Below the pieces are notes generated by a model that did no database searches, was not told where the DNA came from, and saw only the letters and a program-made list of their open reading frames with translations. DNA of 64,000 nt from an uncultured Candidatus Rokubacteria bacterium. Its GTDB lineage: Bacteria > Methylomirabilota > Methylomirabilia > Rokubacteriales > DASRDR01. How positions within the stretch are numbered: position 1 is the stretch's first letter; each line of letters opens with the position of its first letter. The stretch covers positions 13,971-77,970 of the forward strand of contig CAVPSB010000026.1 in the NCBI GenBank assembly GCA_963708025.1, read 5' to 3'. Positions 9,459-19,340 of the stretch are shown piece by piece. The position numbers and the translations under genes were made by a program.

Positions 9459-11105
9459 ATGCAGCCCACCGAACGCCTCCGTCGCGCGACGCACGAGGTG
9501 CTGAACCAGTCGCCGCCGCTGGCGGACTACAACCTCTTCCGGGAGGACCGGGCCCTCGTGGAGGCGCTCCGGCGGGAGGGAGGTGGCTGGGCTGAGGCGC
9601 GGGCGGACCGCCTCGGGGCCCTGGCCGGCGGCGAGCCGATCGTGTGGGGCTCTCAGGCGAACGCCAATCCGCCGATCCTCCGCACGCACGACCGTTTCGG
9701 GCACCGGATCGACGAAGTGGAGTTCCACCCGGCGTGGCACCAGCTCCTCCAGCTCGCCGTCTCCGAGGAGTGCCACGCGCTCCCTTGGCGCGAGGCCCGG
9801 CCAGGGGCGCACGTCGCGCGGGCCGCGCTCTTCTACCTCATGGCACAGGTGGAAGCCGGTCACACCTGCCCGATCTCGATGACGTACGCGGTGGTGCCGG
9901 CGCTCTCCGCGCAGCCGGAGCTCGCGGGGCAGTGGGTGCCGCGGCTCACCTCGACGGTGTACGACCGCCGGATGATGCCCGCCCCCGAGAAGAACGGGGC
10001 CCTCTGCGGCATGGCGATGACGGAGAAGCAGGGCGGCTCGGACGTCCGGGCCAACACCACCTGGGCCCGGCCGCTCGGCGGCCGGGGGCCCGGCGCCGAG
10101 TACGAGATCACCGGACACAAGTGGTTCTGCTCGGCGCCCATGTGCGACGTCTTCCTCGTCCTGGCCCAGGTGGAGGGAGGCCTCTCGTGCTTCCTCCTCC
10201 CGCGCTGGCGGCCGGATGGCACCCGGAACGCTTTCCACATCCAGCGGCTCAAGGACAAGCTCGGCAACCGCTCGAACGCGTCGAGCGAGGTCGAGTTCGA
10301 TGGCGCGTGGGCGCGCATGCTCGGCGAGGAGGGCCGGGGCGTGCGAAGCATCATCGAGATGGTGAACCACACACGCTTCGACTGCGCGGTCGGGTCGGCG
10401 GCCGCGATGCGCCAGGCGGTGGCTCAGGCGACGCACCACGCCGCCTACCGGTCGGCGTTCGGCAAGCGGCTGGCGGACCAGCCGCTGATGCGCAACGTCC
10501 TCGCGGACCTGTGCATCGAGTCGGAAGCGGCGACGGCGACCGTCATGCGGCTGGCCCGCGCGTACGACGAGGCGCAGCGTCACTTCGCGCGGCTGGCGAC
10601 CGCGGTGGCGAAGTACTGGATCTGCAAGCGGGGCCCCGCGGTCGTCGGGGAGGCGCTCGAGAGCGTGGGCGGGAACGGCTACGTCGAGGAGTCGATGATG
10701 CCGCGGCTCTATCGGGAGGCCCCGCTCAACTCGATCTGGGAGGGATCGGGGAACGTCATCTGTCTCGATGTGCTGCGCGCCTTCGCCCGCGAGCCGGAAT
10801 CGGTCGAGGCCTTCTTCGGCGAGATCGACCTGGCGCGCGGCGCCGAGCCGCGGCTCGATGCCTTCGTGAGGCGGCTGCGGGACGACATCGCCCGTCCCGA
10901 GGCGCTGGAGGCCCGGGCGCGCGTGCTCGTCGAACGGCTGGCCCTGGCGCTCCAGGGCTCGCTGCTGGTGCGCCACGGGGATCCCTCCGTGACGGAGGGG
11001 TTCGTCGCCTCGCGTCTGGCGGGCGACCACGGCCTCGCTTTCGGGACCTTGCCGGCCGGCGTCAACTGCGAGCGGATCGTCGAGCGGGCCCGGCCGATCG
11101 CGTAG
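9459..11105 (+). CDS. aidB: Acyl-CoA dehydrogenase AidB family
   Basis: THEVLNQSPPL, CPISMTYA, MTEKQGGSDV, IWEGSGN. Confidence 0.9.
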   Translation: MQPTERLRRATHEVLNQSPPLADYNLFREDRALVEALRREGGGWAEARADRLGALAGGEPIVWGSQANANPPILRTHDRFGHRIDEVEFHPAWHQLLQLAVSEECHALPWREARPGAHVARAALFYLMAQVEAGHTCPISMTYAVVPALSAQPELAGQWVPRLTSTVYDRRMMPAPEKNGALCGMAMTEKQGGSDVRANTTWARPLGGRGPGAEYEITGHKWFCSAPMCDVFLVLAQVEGGLSCFLLPRWRPDGTRNAFHIQRLKDKLGNRSNASSEVEFDGAWARMLGEEGRGVRSIIEMVNHTRFDCAVGSAAAMRQAVAQATHHAAYRSAFGKRLADQPLMRNVLADLCIESEAATATVMRLARAYDEAQRHFARLATAVAKYWICKRGPAVVGEALESVGGNGYVEESMMPRLYREAPLNSIWEGSGNVICLDVLRAFAREPESVEAFFGEIDLARGAEPRLDAFVRRLRDDIARPEALEARARVLVERLALALQGSLLVRHGDPSVTEGFVASRLAGDHGLAFGTLPAGVNCERIVERARPIA

Positions 11106-11169
11106 CGGCGCCGGGCCGGCGCCGGAGGCGGCGCCACCGGGCCACGGTCACCCGGGCGAGACCGGCGGT

Positions 11170-12372
11170 CTACTCGCCGGCGCCCGGGTAGAGATAGTCT
11201 CGCGTGAGCGGCACCGCGTCCGTCGGGCCGTTCGTGAACTGGATCTGCCAGAGGTTCAGGTTCCCGACGCGAAAGGCGGCGGCGCTGCCCGCGAGATAGA
11301 AGCGCCACGTGCGCGCGAACGCCTCGCCGTGCATCCGCTGGACGGCCGGGAGATTCCGCTCGAGGGCCTCGCGCCAGCGCTCCAGCGTCAGCGCGTAGTG
11401 GAGCCGGAGCGCCTCGACGTCCGCCACCGCGAGATGATGTGCCCCCATCCCTTCCACGATCTCGGCCAGCGCCGGGAAATAGACCCCGGGGAAGATGTAC
11501 GTGCCGATCCACGGGTCCGTCGGTGACGGCGCCATGCGGCCGATGCTCTGCAGCACGCCGACGCCGCCATCGGTCAAGAGACGGGCGGTGTGGCGGAAGT
11601 AGTCTCGAATGCCGTCCCGGCCGACGTGCTCGAACATCCCGATGCTGACGATCCGGTCGAAGCGCTCGCCGGGCTCGATGTCCCGGTAATCCCGCAACTC
11701 GATTCGCACGCGGTCGGCGAACCCCTCGCTGGCCACCGCTTCCGCGGCGTATCGCCGCTGAGCCTCGCTCAGGGTAATGCCCAGCACGTCAACGTCGTAA
11801 TGGCGCTTCGCATAGCGGGCGAAGCTGCCCCACCCACACCCGATGTCGAGCAATCGCTGCCCCTTCTCGAGTCGGAGCTTCGCCGCGATGTGCTGGAACT
11901 TGGCCTCCTGCGCGACGTCGATGTCGTCGTCCGGCGAGCGGAAGTACGCGCAGGAGTACGCCATGGCGCGCCCGAGCCATAGCTGGAAGAACTCGTTGCC
12001 GACGTCGTAGTGGTGTGCCACTTGTGTCTTCGCCCGGCGCCGGGAGTTGGGCGAGGGGCGCCATCGCGTGCTCGCCAGGCGCAGCTTGTCGAGTGTGCCG
12101 AGCGGGACGGCGTCGGAGCCGAGGCGCAGCAGGAGCCCGAGGAGCTGCTGCAGGTCGCCGCTGACGTCGATGGCGCCGGCGACGTACGCCTCGCCGAACC
12201 GGAGGCTCGGGTTCTCGAGCAGACCCTCGCAGGTCTTCCGGTCCTTCAGGTGAAGGACGAAGGCGCCGGGCCCCGAGCCGTACGTGGTGGTCTTGCCGTT
12301 CCAGTCCTCGACGGTGAACGCGACGTCGTCCCATCCCGAGGCGACCCGGTCGAGAATCTCGGTGATCGTCAT
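11170..12372 (-). CDS. cfa: Cyclopropane-fatty-acyl-phospholipid synthase family methyltransferase
   Basis: HHYDVGN, YSCAYF, LDIGCGWG, SIGMFEHVG, YIFPG; ATG overlaps the desaturase stop (ATGA). Confidence 0.9.
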   Translation of the reverse strand: MTITEILDRVASGWDDVAFTVEDWNGKTTTYGSGPGAFVLHLKDRKTCEGLLENPSLRFGEAYVAGAIDVSGDLQQLLGLLLRLGSDAVPLGTLDKLRLASTRWRPSPNSRRRAKTQVAHHYDVGNEFFQLWLGRAMAYSCAYFRSPDDDIDVAQEAKFQHIAAKLRLEKGQRLLDIGCGWGSFARYAKRHYDVDVLGITLSEAQRRYAAEAVASEGFADRVRIELRDYRDIEPGERFDRIVSIGMFEHVGRDGIRDYFRHTARLLTDGGVGVLQSIGRMAPSPTDPWIGTYIFPGVYFPALAEIVEGMGAHHLAVADVEALRLHYALTLERWREALERNLPAVQRMHGEAFARTWRFYLAGSAAAFRVGNLNLWQIQFTNGPTDAVPLTRDYLYPGAGE

Positions 12373-13475
12373 GATAGGTCCTCGCTGATCGGAGTCGGAT
12401 CCAGTCGGCGGCCGGCTCGGTCGGACCGGAGCCGCGCCTCCACCGCCGCCATCGACGTCTGGCGACCGGTCAGGGGGTTGACCAGGAGTTGACCGTCGCC
12501 CCCGTCGGCCGGGTCGGCGTAATAGCGCGGCGTCGTGTAGAGCACCGCCAGCGCCCGCCAGTGCGCCGGCGCCAGGTAGTGGCTGGGCGCGTGCCGGCGC
12601 AGACTGGCCCGGACGAGCCGGTAGTACCGGTGGCTGAGGGCCGGAAACAGATGGTGCTCCGTGTGGTGGCTGAAATGGAGGTGGACGAAATCGATGACCC
12701 GGAGCGTCGTGACGCTCATGGTGGTCGAGAAGTCGTCGGGCCGATCCGTCAGCGGGCGGAGCATGTGATTGGTCGTGACGTAGGACATGATGACGGCATT
12801 CGCGACCAGCATGGGGAACACGACGACGAGCATGGCGCTTCGGAGGCCCAGGCTGGCGCTCACGGCGAGCCAGAACGCGACGATGAGGGCGGTTTCGACG
12901 ATCGCCTTCCCGCGACGATAGTCTCGGGGCGGCGCTCGCCGGCTGTGGTCCCAGAGGACGAGCTGGCCCTGGATGGTGAAGGACACGAGCAGGTAGACGG
13001 CGCTCATCCAGTGGCCCGAGCCGGGAGCGAGCCGCACGGTGAGCCACGACAGAAGATCGCCGCTCCGTTCGACCTCGCGGATGCTCGAGTAGTGGTCGGG
13101 GTCGAGACCCGGGATGTTGGTGTTGGCGTGGTGCAGGTAGTTGTGCCAGTGCCGCCAGAGATGCGGAGAGACGAGATAGATCGCGAGGGTGAAGAAGAGG
13201 AGGGCGTTCTGGGTGCGGTGCGAGCGGACCATGGCACCGTGCGCCGACTCGTGCCCAAAGAACATCAGGGCGACGTACGCGTTGCCGAGCAGAACCGAGC
13301 ACGCGAGGGCGGCATAGAAGGGCAGCGGCAGCGCGACCACCAGCGCGCTTGTGGCCACGATGCCCAGGATGAGCGGAATGGCGAGGAGAATCCGCCAGGG
13401 GCGTCGGCGGAACGCCGCCGCCGGGAGATCGGCCGCCACCTTCGCCCTGAGCGCCGTCTCGAAATCGCCGGTCAT
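12369..13475 (-). CDS. Membrane fatty acid desaturase
   Basis: Three His boxes (HESAH, HNYLHH, HHTEHH) and transmembrane helices. Confidence 0.9.
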   Translation of the reverse strand: MTGDFETALRAKVAADLPAAAFRRRPWRILLAIPLILGIVATSALVVALPLPFYAALACSVLLGNAYVALMFFGHESAHGAMVRSHRTQNALLFFTLAIYLVSPHLWRHWHNYLHHANTNIPGLDPDHYSSIREVERSGDLLSWLTVRLAPGSGHWMSAVYLLVSFTIQGQLVLWDHSRRAPPRDYRRGKAIVETALIVAFWLAVSASLGLRSAMLVVVFPMLVANAVIMSYVTTNHMLRPLTDRPDDFSTTMSVTTLRVIDFVHLHFSHHTEHHLFPALSHRYYRLVRASLRRHAPSHYLAPAHWRALAVLYTTPRYYADPADGGDGQLLVNPLTGRQTSMAAVEARLRSDRAGRRLDPTPISEDLS

Positions 13476-13770
13476 GTGGACCCCGCCTTGTCAGTACAGG
13501 TGCCGGGCGGCGTGGGATGGAAAGCCGCGGCCACTCTAAGCCGCTCCGAATGGGCCGTCAAGCGGGGCACGTGGCCGCCCCCATGACCATGCCCGGAACC
13601 GGACCGACCGGTCTGCGATCGCCATGGTATCGCAGTCGCGCTGCGTCCGGACGTGACGCCGGGCTGCGTGCTACGGGCGGATACGCCGTCGTCGGGCCAG
13701 GAGCTGCCCAATTGTCCTGGTGTCAACGCCTGGTTCTCGTGCGGGTCAGGTTCGGCTAGGTCGTCCTCAC

Positions 13771-14880
13771 CTACCGCTCGAAGATCCCCTCGGGCAAGAG
13801 GGCCGAGACCACGTAGTTGGGCACGTCCACGACGTTGCTGATCCGGAGGTCAACCGCCACGCTGCAGATCACGTACGCCTGCTCCCGGCTCAACCCCCGT
13901 TCCTGGAGGAGATCCAGCATGTTGAGCACCGCGTTCCGACAGGCCAGCGTCAGGTCCTCGCCCCGGTTGACCCCCTGATCGTCGATCGGCATGCCCATCG
14001 TGGCCAGGAAGCGCCGAGGCGCCGCCCACTGCGGGTCTATGAAGTAGTCGCTGCGCCGAAAGCGCGGCCAGCGGATCCGACGCCGCTCCGCCTCACCCCG
14101 GTGAACCCGGAAGCGCACCACGCACGTCGCGCCCATCTCGACGGCGGTGACGCACACCTCCCCGTCGCCCTGCGCGAAGTGGGCATCCCCGGTCGAGAAG
14201 AGCGCGCCGTCAACCGCGACCGCCAGCATGAGCGTGGCGCCCTTCGATAGCTGCTTCACGTCGAAGTTGCCGCCGTTCTCGCGGGGCGGCAGCGTCCGGA
14301 GCCCGTCGGCGGCGACCGGACCGGACGAAGGGACCGCGCCGCCCGACTCCGGCACGAAGACGACACCACCCCGCCTCGCCAGGTCGGCCTCGCGGCGGGT
14401 CCACGCCTCGAGCTGTCCTCGCGAGGGCGCGACCCCAGAGACGCCCATGAAGGGCGCCCCCGGGATGCGAATCCCGGGCAGCTGCGGGGATGTGGCCCAC
14501 CCGTCGGCGATCGACCAGTGGACCAGGAACGGCGTGGTCATCGTGTCACGGAGGAAGCCCAGGCCGGGGAGGATCGCGCTGAAGCCCCACGGCTGGGGCA
14601 CGATGTCCAGGAACTCCACTTCCAGCAAGTCACCCGGGCGCGCGCCCTTCACGTACACCGGCCCCGTCAAGGGATGGATCGCGCCGGTCGGGAGACTGGC
14701 GAAGTCCCCGACCGTCGACCTCGGCGTGAGGTAGCCGTCGACCGCATCCCGGGTTTCGAGCACGACCTCCTCGCCCTCGGCCGCCTCGACGGCTGGTGGG
14801 ACGTCGGGATGCCAGCGATTGTGCCCCGTCCTCGGCTCCTCGGAGAGGTGCTTGTTTCGGTCTATCCGTACGCTTTGCAC
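13771..14880 (-). CDS. Acetamidase/formamidase family protein
   Basis: HNRWHPD, HPLTGP, PRENGGNFD, GDAHFAQGDGEV; GTG start after AAGGAGA. Confidence 0.9.
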   Translation of the reverse strand: MQSVRIDRNKHLSEEPRTGHNRWHPDVPPAVEAAEGEEVVLETRDAVDGYLTPRSTVGDFASLPTGAIHPLTGPVYVKGARPGDLLEVEFLDIVPQPWGFSAILPGLGFLRDTMTTPFLVHWSIADGWATSPQLPGIRIPGAPFMGVSGVAPSRGQLEAWTRREADLARRGGVVFVPESGGAVPSSGPVAADGLRTLPPRENGGNFDVKQLSKGATLMLAVAVDGALFSTGDAHFAQGDGEVCVTAVEMGATCVVRFRVHRGEAERRRIRWPRFRRSDYFIDPQWAAPRRFLATMGMPIDDQGVNRGEDLTLACRNAVLNMLDLLQERGLSREQAYVICSVAVDLRISNVVDVPNYVVSALLPEGIFER

Positions 14881-14904
14881 GTGCGTCTCCTTCTCTGCGT
14901 GCAC

Positions 14905-15158
14905 CGGCCCGAGGTCACGAACACGGCCTCGATCCGCTCACGGGTGAGGGACACGAGCGCCGGTTGGACGTCCGCCCCCGTTCTGACCATCTGGACGCTC
15001 ACGGCCACTCCGAGTCTTGTCGCAGCTAGCCGCAGCTCGTCCAGCGCGGCCTTGGTCTCGCGGGCTGCAAAGGCCGGCGGCGCGTAATCCCACAGCACCC
15101 CGAGTCGGCGCATCCTCGGCGACACCTCGTGGAGCTCCCCGTGGATCTCGCCCGCCAC
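14905..15158 (-). pseudogene. Internal fragment of an ABC_sub_bind solute-binding protein
   Basis: ELHEVSPRMRRLGVLW..AATRLGV..IEAVFV resembles the mid-region of the intact paralog at 33141; no N- or C-terminus. Confidence 0.55.
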
Positions 15159-15305
15159 CTGACAGACCAGGGCACCTGGGGATTATCGGAACTCGTGGAC
15201 CTGGCCCATCGGTGTCACGCGGTCAAGCACGGAGGCGCCGTGAGCTGATCGCGGCGCTCGACCGACCGGCTGCCCGCCGGCCCGCGGGGAGCGTGAACCC
15301 GGGAC

Positions 15306-15635
15306 CTACGGCAGCCAGGGCGGCCCGCAATTGGTCGCGAAGCCCTCGTTGATGATTTCCCGCCGCCACCCGCTCCCGTCATCCGTTATCGCGGCGACCG
15401 CCGTCGCCGGGGCGGCGAACAGGACCGTCGTGGCGCAGACCGCCGCCTTGAAGGGGATGTACAGGGGCAGGGCGATGACGTTCAGGATCCCGGTCATCAC
15501 CGTGTACTGCACCGGCTCCGGCGAAGCCGCGCCATAGCGCCCCGGCGGGGGTGCCGCGGCGCAGCTCGTCAGCGTCAGCCCGAGAAGCGTCCCGGCCAGG
15601 AGCCGTCGGAAGTGGGACCTCTCATTCGCGGCCAT
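15306..15635 (-). CDS. Small lipoprotein, unknown function
   Basis: Signal peptide with lipobox LTSC; AAGGGAG RBS. Confidence 0.65.
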   Translation of the reverse strand: MAANERSHFRRLLAGTLLGLTLTSCAAAPPPGRYGAASPEPVQYTVMTGILNVIALPLYIPFKAAVCATTVLFAAPATAVAAITDDGSGWRREIINEGFATNCGPPWLP

Positions 15636-15774
15636 CGGCACTCCCTTCGCGGTGGACCTTCCGGTGCGGCGAGCGCCCCGTTCGTGGCGCAGGGTCCATC
15701 TTACCAAGCTCCGGCCGGTTTCCGGGCAGAGGCCCCGATCGGTGGCTCCCCGGGGGTCAGGGGCTGAGAGCGCG

Positions 15775-15921
15775 CGAAAGAATCGGATGCTCCGACTCCC
15801 CCCTCCCCCGCGGTGCCCGCCGGAGGGACGGGACGTCGCGAGGGCCGTAGGCCCGAGCCGTCCCGGCGATCCGGTCAATCGGGAGGGGGGCTGGGGGGGT
15901 GGGCGGGAGGTCCCGAACTGA
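15775..15921 (+). repeat. Intergenic hairpin repeat family A, long copy
   Basis: Near-identical to the reverse complement of 49716-49866. Confidence 0.85.
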
Positions 15922-15932
15922 GCGCCGGCGGG

Positions 15933-17090
15933 TCAGCCGCGGTCCCACACGGCGGCCGCGACGTCCTGTAACAGCGCGATCTTGCGCTGAACGTCGTCCT
16001 CGGTCAGGACCTGGCCGCCGCCCCCGGCGCTCGAGAAGCCGCACTGGGGACTGATGCCCAGCCGCTCGATCGGGACGAGCCGGGCCGCCTCGTCGAGGCG
16101 CCGCCGGAGCTCGTCCTTCGATTCGAGCGCGGGTGTCTTCGTGCTCACCAAGCCCAGCACCACCACCTTGCGGTCCGGCACCAGCCGGAGGGGCGTGAAG
16201 TCGCCGGCGCGAGGCGTGTCGTACTCGAGGAAGTACGCGTCGGCGTTCACCTCGTTGAAGAGCCGGTCGGCGATCGGCTCGTAGCCGCCCTCGGCCATCC
16301 ACATGCCCTTCAGGTTGCCCCGGCACAGGTGGATGCCGACACCCATGGACGCGGGTCGGCCCGCGATCGCGTCGTTGATCAGTCGGACGTACCGCGCGGT
16401 GAGTCCGTCGGGATCCTCCCCGCGGCCGCTCACCTCTTCGCGCGCGCGCACGTCACAGTTGCAGGGCAGCGCGGTGTCGTCGAGCTGCACGAAGCGGCCG
16501 CCCTCGGCGGCGAGCTCGGCGATCTCCTCCCGGTAGATTCGCGCGAGATCGTCGAAGTACTCCTCGATGTCCGGGTACACGACCGGGTCGACCGCCTTCG
16601 GGCCCAGGAAGTAGTGCATCACCGTGGGCGACGCGATCGTCACCTTGGGGACGCCCCGCCGGACGACCGTCTTCAGGAAGCGCAGGTCGTCGGCGACGAT
16701 CGGCCGCGCGCGGCGGAGCTTCGCGCGAGCGTACGGCGAGGCCGGCAGCCCGGCCGACACGGATTCGGAGCGGAACCCGAGCGAGCGCAGGGCGCCGTCC
16801 TCGCGCATCCCGAAGCCGGACACCGCGTCGAGGAAGCCGGCCGACCAGCCGCGCCGGCGGAACTCGCCGTCCGTGATCGATCCGAGGCCCAGCGACTCCT
16901 GGAGCCGGACGACGTCGCTGATCGCGCGGTCCTGCACGCGGCGGTACTCGTCCGGGCCGATCTCGCCGGCCTTCGCCTGGCGGGCGGCGTCGAGCAGGTG
17001 GCCGGGCCGCAGGAAGCTGCCGATGTGCTCGACGCGGAACGGGGGATTCGTCCGGCCCGCGGGTGGACCGGATCCGGCATCTTCCACCAT
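15933..17090 (-). CDS. Cobalamin-independent methionine synthase II family (MetE C-terminal-like)
   Basis: EHIGSFLRP, TDGEFRR, HLCRGN, FLEYD, SPQCGF. Confidence 0.9.
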   Translation of the reverse strand: MVEDAGSGPPAGRTNPPFRVEHIGSFLRPGHLLDAARQAKAGEIGPDEYRRVQDRAISDVVRLQESLGLGSITDGEFRRRGWSAGFLDAVSGFGMREDGALRSLGFRSESVSAGLPASPYARAKLRRARPIVADDLRFLKTVVRRGVPKVTIASPTVMHYFLGPKAVDPVVYPDIEEYFDDLARIYREEIAELAAEGGRFVQLDDTALPCNCDVRAREEVSGRGEDPDGLTARYVRLINDAIAGRPASMGVGIHLCRGNLKGMWMAEGGYEPIADRLFNEVNADAYFLEYDTPRAGDFTPLRLVPDRKVVVLGLVSTKTPALESKDELRRRLDEAARLVPIERLGISPQCGFSSAGGGGQVLTEDDVQRKIALLQDVAAAVWDRG

Positions 17091-17129
17091 AGGTGTCCTC
17101 CGGGGGGGGGCCGCGCCGGCGGGCCGGCC

Positions 17130-18218
17130 CTACCCGATGTACCCCCGGGCGACCAGGTGCTCGGCCACGAGGACGGCGCCAGCGGCGGCGCCCATCCGCG
17201 TGTTGTGGCTGACGAGGAGGTACTTCACGCCGTTCGGCAGCACCCGGTCCTCGCGGACGCGCCCGACGGTGGTGGTCAGGCCGTTCCCGTTGTCCCGGTC
17301 GAGGCGCGGCTGCGGGCGGAAGGGGTCGTCGTGGACCTTGATCCACTCCGGCGGCGCCGAGGGGAGCGCGAGCTCGCGGGCCTCGTTGCGGACACCACGG
17401 AAGGCGTGCTTGACGTCCTCGAGCGACGCCGGGCGGCCGAGCGACGCGGAGACCGACTCGGTGTGCCCTTCCATCACGTTGGCGCGCGTGCAGGTGGCGC
17501 TGATCGGGGCCCGGTAGGGCTGGATCGCGCCGCCGAAGAGGGCCCCGAAGATCTTGTGGAGCTCCGTCTCGACCTTCTCCTCCTCCTTCGGGATGAAGGG
17601 GATGATGTTGTCGAGGATGTCCAGGCCGATGACGCCCGGCGAGCGACCCGCGCCGGAGAGGCCTTGCATGGTCGTCACGATGGCCGACGTGAGGCCGAAG
17701 CTGTCGGCGAGTGGCTTGAGCGTGATGACGAGGCCGGCCACCGTGCAGTTCGGGATCGGCGCCACGAAGCCGCTCCAGCCCCGGTTCCTCTGCTGCTGAT
17801 GTAGCAGCTCGGCGTGGTCCATGTTCACGTTGGGGACGAGGAGCGGCACGTCCGCCTCGTAGCGGAACGCGGAGGCGGTGCTGACGACGGGGGTCGTCTT
17901 CGCGAACCGGGCCTCCTGGACCCGGGCGACCTCCGACTCGGTGGCCGAGAAGACGACGTCGAGCCCCTGCGGGTCGAACACATCACCGTTCTCGACGGGA
18001 ATGGAGAGGACGTCGGCGGCCGGCTCCTCCCGGCACCACCAGCGGCGAGCCCCGGTCGTGGCGTCGAGGAGGGCCTGCCCGAAGGGTTTGCCCGCCGACC
18101 GCTCCGAGGCGGCCAGGCGCTCGATCGTGAACCAGGGGTGGCTCTGCAGCGCGACCACGAACTGCTGGCCGGCGATGCCAGTGGCGCCGACGATCCCGAC
18201 GGTATGTTTCCGGCTCAT
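17130..18218 (-). CDS. asd: Aspartate-semialdehyde dehydrogenase (archaeal/fungal-type)
   Basis: GIVGATGIAG, PNC, QGLSGAG, EEEK, RPQPRLD, SHNT.MGAA. Confidence 0.9.
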   Translation of the reverse strand: MSRKHTVGIVGATGIAGQQFVVALQSHPWFTIERLAASERSAGKPFGQALLDATTGARRWWCREEPAADVLSIPVENGDVFDPQGLDVVFSATESEVARVQEARFAKTTPVVSTASAFRYEADVPLLVPNVNMDHAELLHQQQRNRGWSGFVAPIPNCTVAGLVITLKPLADSFGLTSAIVTTMQGLSGAGRSPGVIGLDILDNIIPFIPKEEEKVETELHKIFGALFGGAIQPYRAPISATCTRANVMEGHTESVSASLGRPASLEDVKHAFRGVRNEARELALPSAPPEWIKVHDDPFRPQPRLDRDNGNGLTTTVGRVREDRVLPNGVKYLLVSHNTRMGAAAGAVLVAEHLVARGYIG

Positions 18219-18324
18219 GAGTCACCTCGAACGGGGTCAGGGGAACGGAACAGGATCGCGGGCGGAGCGCCCGCCCGGGGGTGTGGATTACCGCTTTCGA
18301 CGTTCCCGTGGCATGCGTCAACCT

Positions 18325-18352
18325 ATCTTACGGATCACCGCCGGCGAGTCAA
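18325..18352 (-). promoter_or_regulatory. sigma70-like promoter for asd
   Basis: Minus strand TTGACT-16nt-TAAGAT. Confidence 0.5.
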
Positions 18353-18489
18353 GAATGAACGAAGGGGGCCGATCGGGATCGCCCAGCGCTTGGTGGCGGG
18401 GCCGGTCGCTGCTACCATGCCGGTGCCGATCCTGGAAGCTCCTCGGCGATGGCGCGCCGCGTGCCGGCGCAAGGGGGGAGGCCTCGGCC

Positions 18490-19284
18490 CTGACGGATCT
18501 GCCGGCGCCCGACAACGCCCGCCTGGCCCCGGCGCCGGGCGCCCGGATCGCCGTGGTCGGCGCCTGCGGGGGCACGGGGCGGCCCCTGGTCCGGGCGTGC
18601 CTGACGAACGAGCTGCGCGTCGCCGCGCTGGACCTCCCGGCCTCGCATGACCGCCATCCGGCGCCGCCCGGGGTGCTGCCCCTTCGCCTCGACGCCACCC
18701 GCGAAGCCGACGTTACCCGCGCCTTCGCCACCCTGGAGGCGAACTGGGGCGGGCTCGACGGCCTCGTCTTCCTCGTTGGCTACACGATCGTGCCACCCCG
18801 GTCGCTCGACGAGGTCACGGCCTCGCAGTTCGACGATATCATCGCTGGCAACCTCCGGTCCGCGTTCCTGGTCACCCGGGCCGCGCTCCCCTTGCTGCGC
18901 GGGGCGGGCGGCGGGGCCATCGTCACCATCGCCTCCGGCCTCGCCGTCACCGGCTTCCAGGGCTACGGCCCGTACGCGGCCGCGAAGGCCGGGCTGGTGG
19001 CCTTGACGAAGGTCCTCGCGCTGGAGAACGCGCCGGCCATCCGGGCCAACGTGGTGGCGCCCGGCGCGATGCCGACGGCCTTTCTCGCCGGCGGCACCGG
19101 CCGGGGCGGCGACGACGCCCCGGCCACCGGTGTCGACCCGGCCCGCTACATCCCGACGATCCCGCTCGGCCGGATGGCGGTGCCCGACGACGTGGTGGGC
19201 GCCATCCTGTTCCTGATGAGCGGCGCCGCCCGTTTCATCACGGGCCAGACGCTCCACGTCAACGGCGGTCGGGTCATGCCCTGA
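18490..19284 (+). CDS. SDR family oxidoreductase (start uncertain; CTG after a G-rich RBS assumed)
   Basis: VVGACGGTG, YAAAK, NVVAPG, FITGQTLHVNGG. Confidence 0.85.
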   Translation: MTDLPAPDNARLAPAPGARIAVVGACGGTGRPLVRACLTNELRVAALDLPASHDRHPAPPGVLPLRLDATREADVTRAFATLEANWGGLDGLVFLVGYTIVPPRSLDEVTASQFDDIIAGNLRSAFLVTRAALPLLRGAGGGAIVTIASGLAVTGFQGYGPYAAAKAGLVALTKVLALENAPAIRANVVAPGAMPTAFLAGGTGRGGDDAPATGVDPARYIPTIPLGRMAVPDDVVGAILFLMSGAARFITGQTLHVNGGRVMP

Positions 19285-19340
19285 GTGCTGCACGACCGCT
19301 CGGCCTGACGCGGGTCGGGCCGCGCGGCCTGGAGGCGCTG

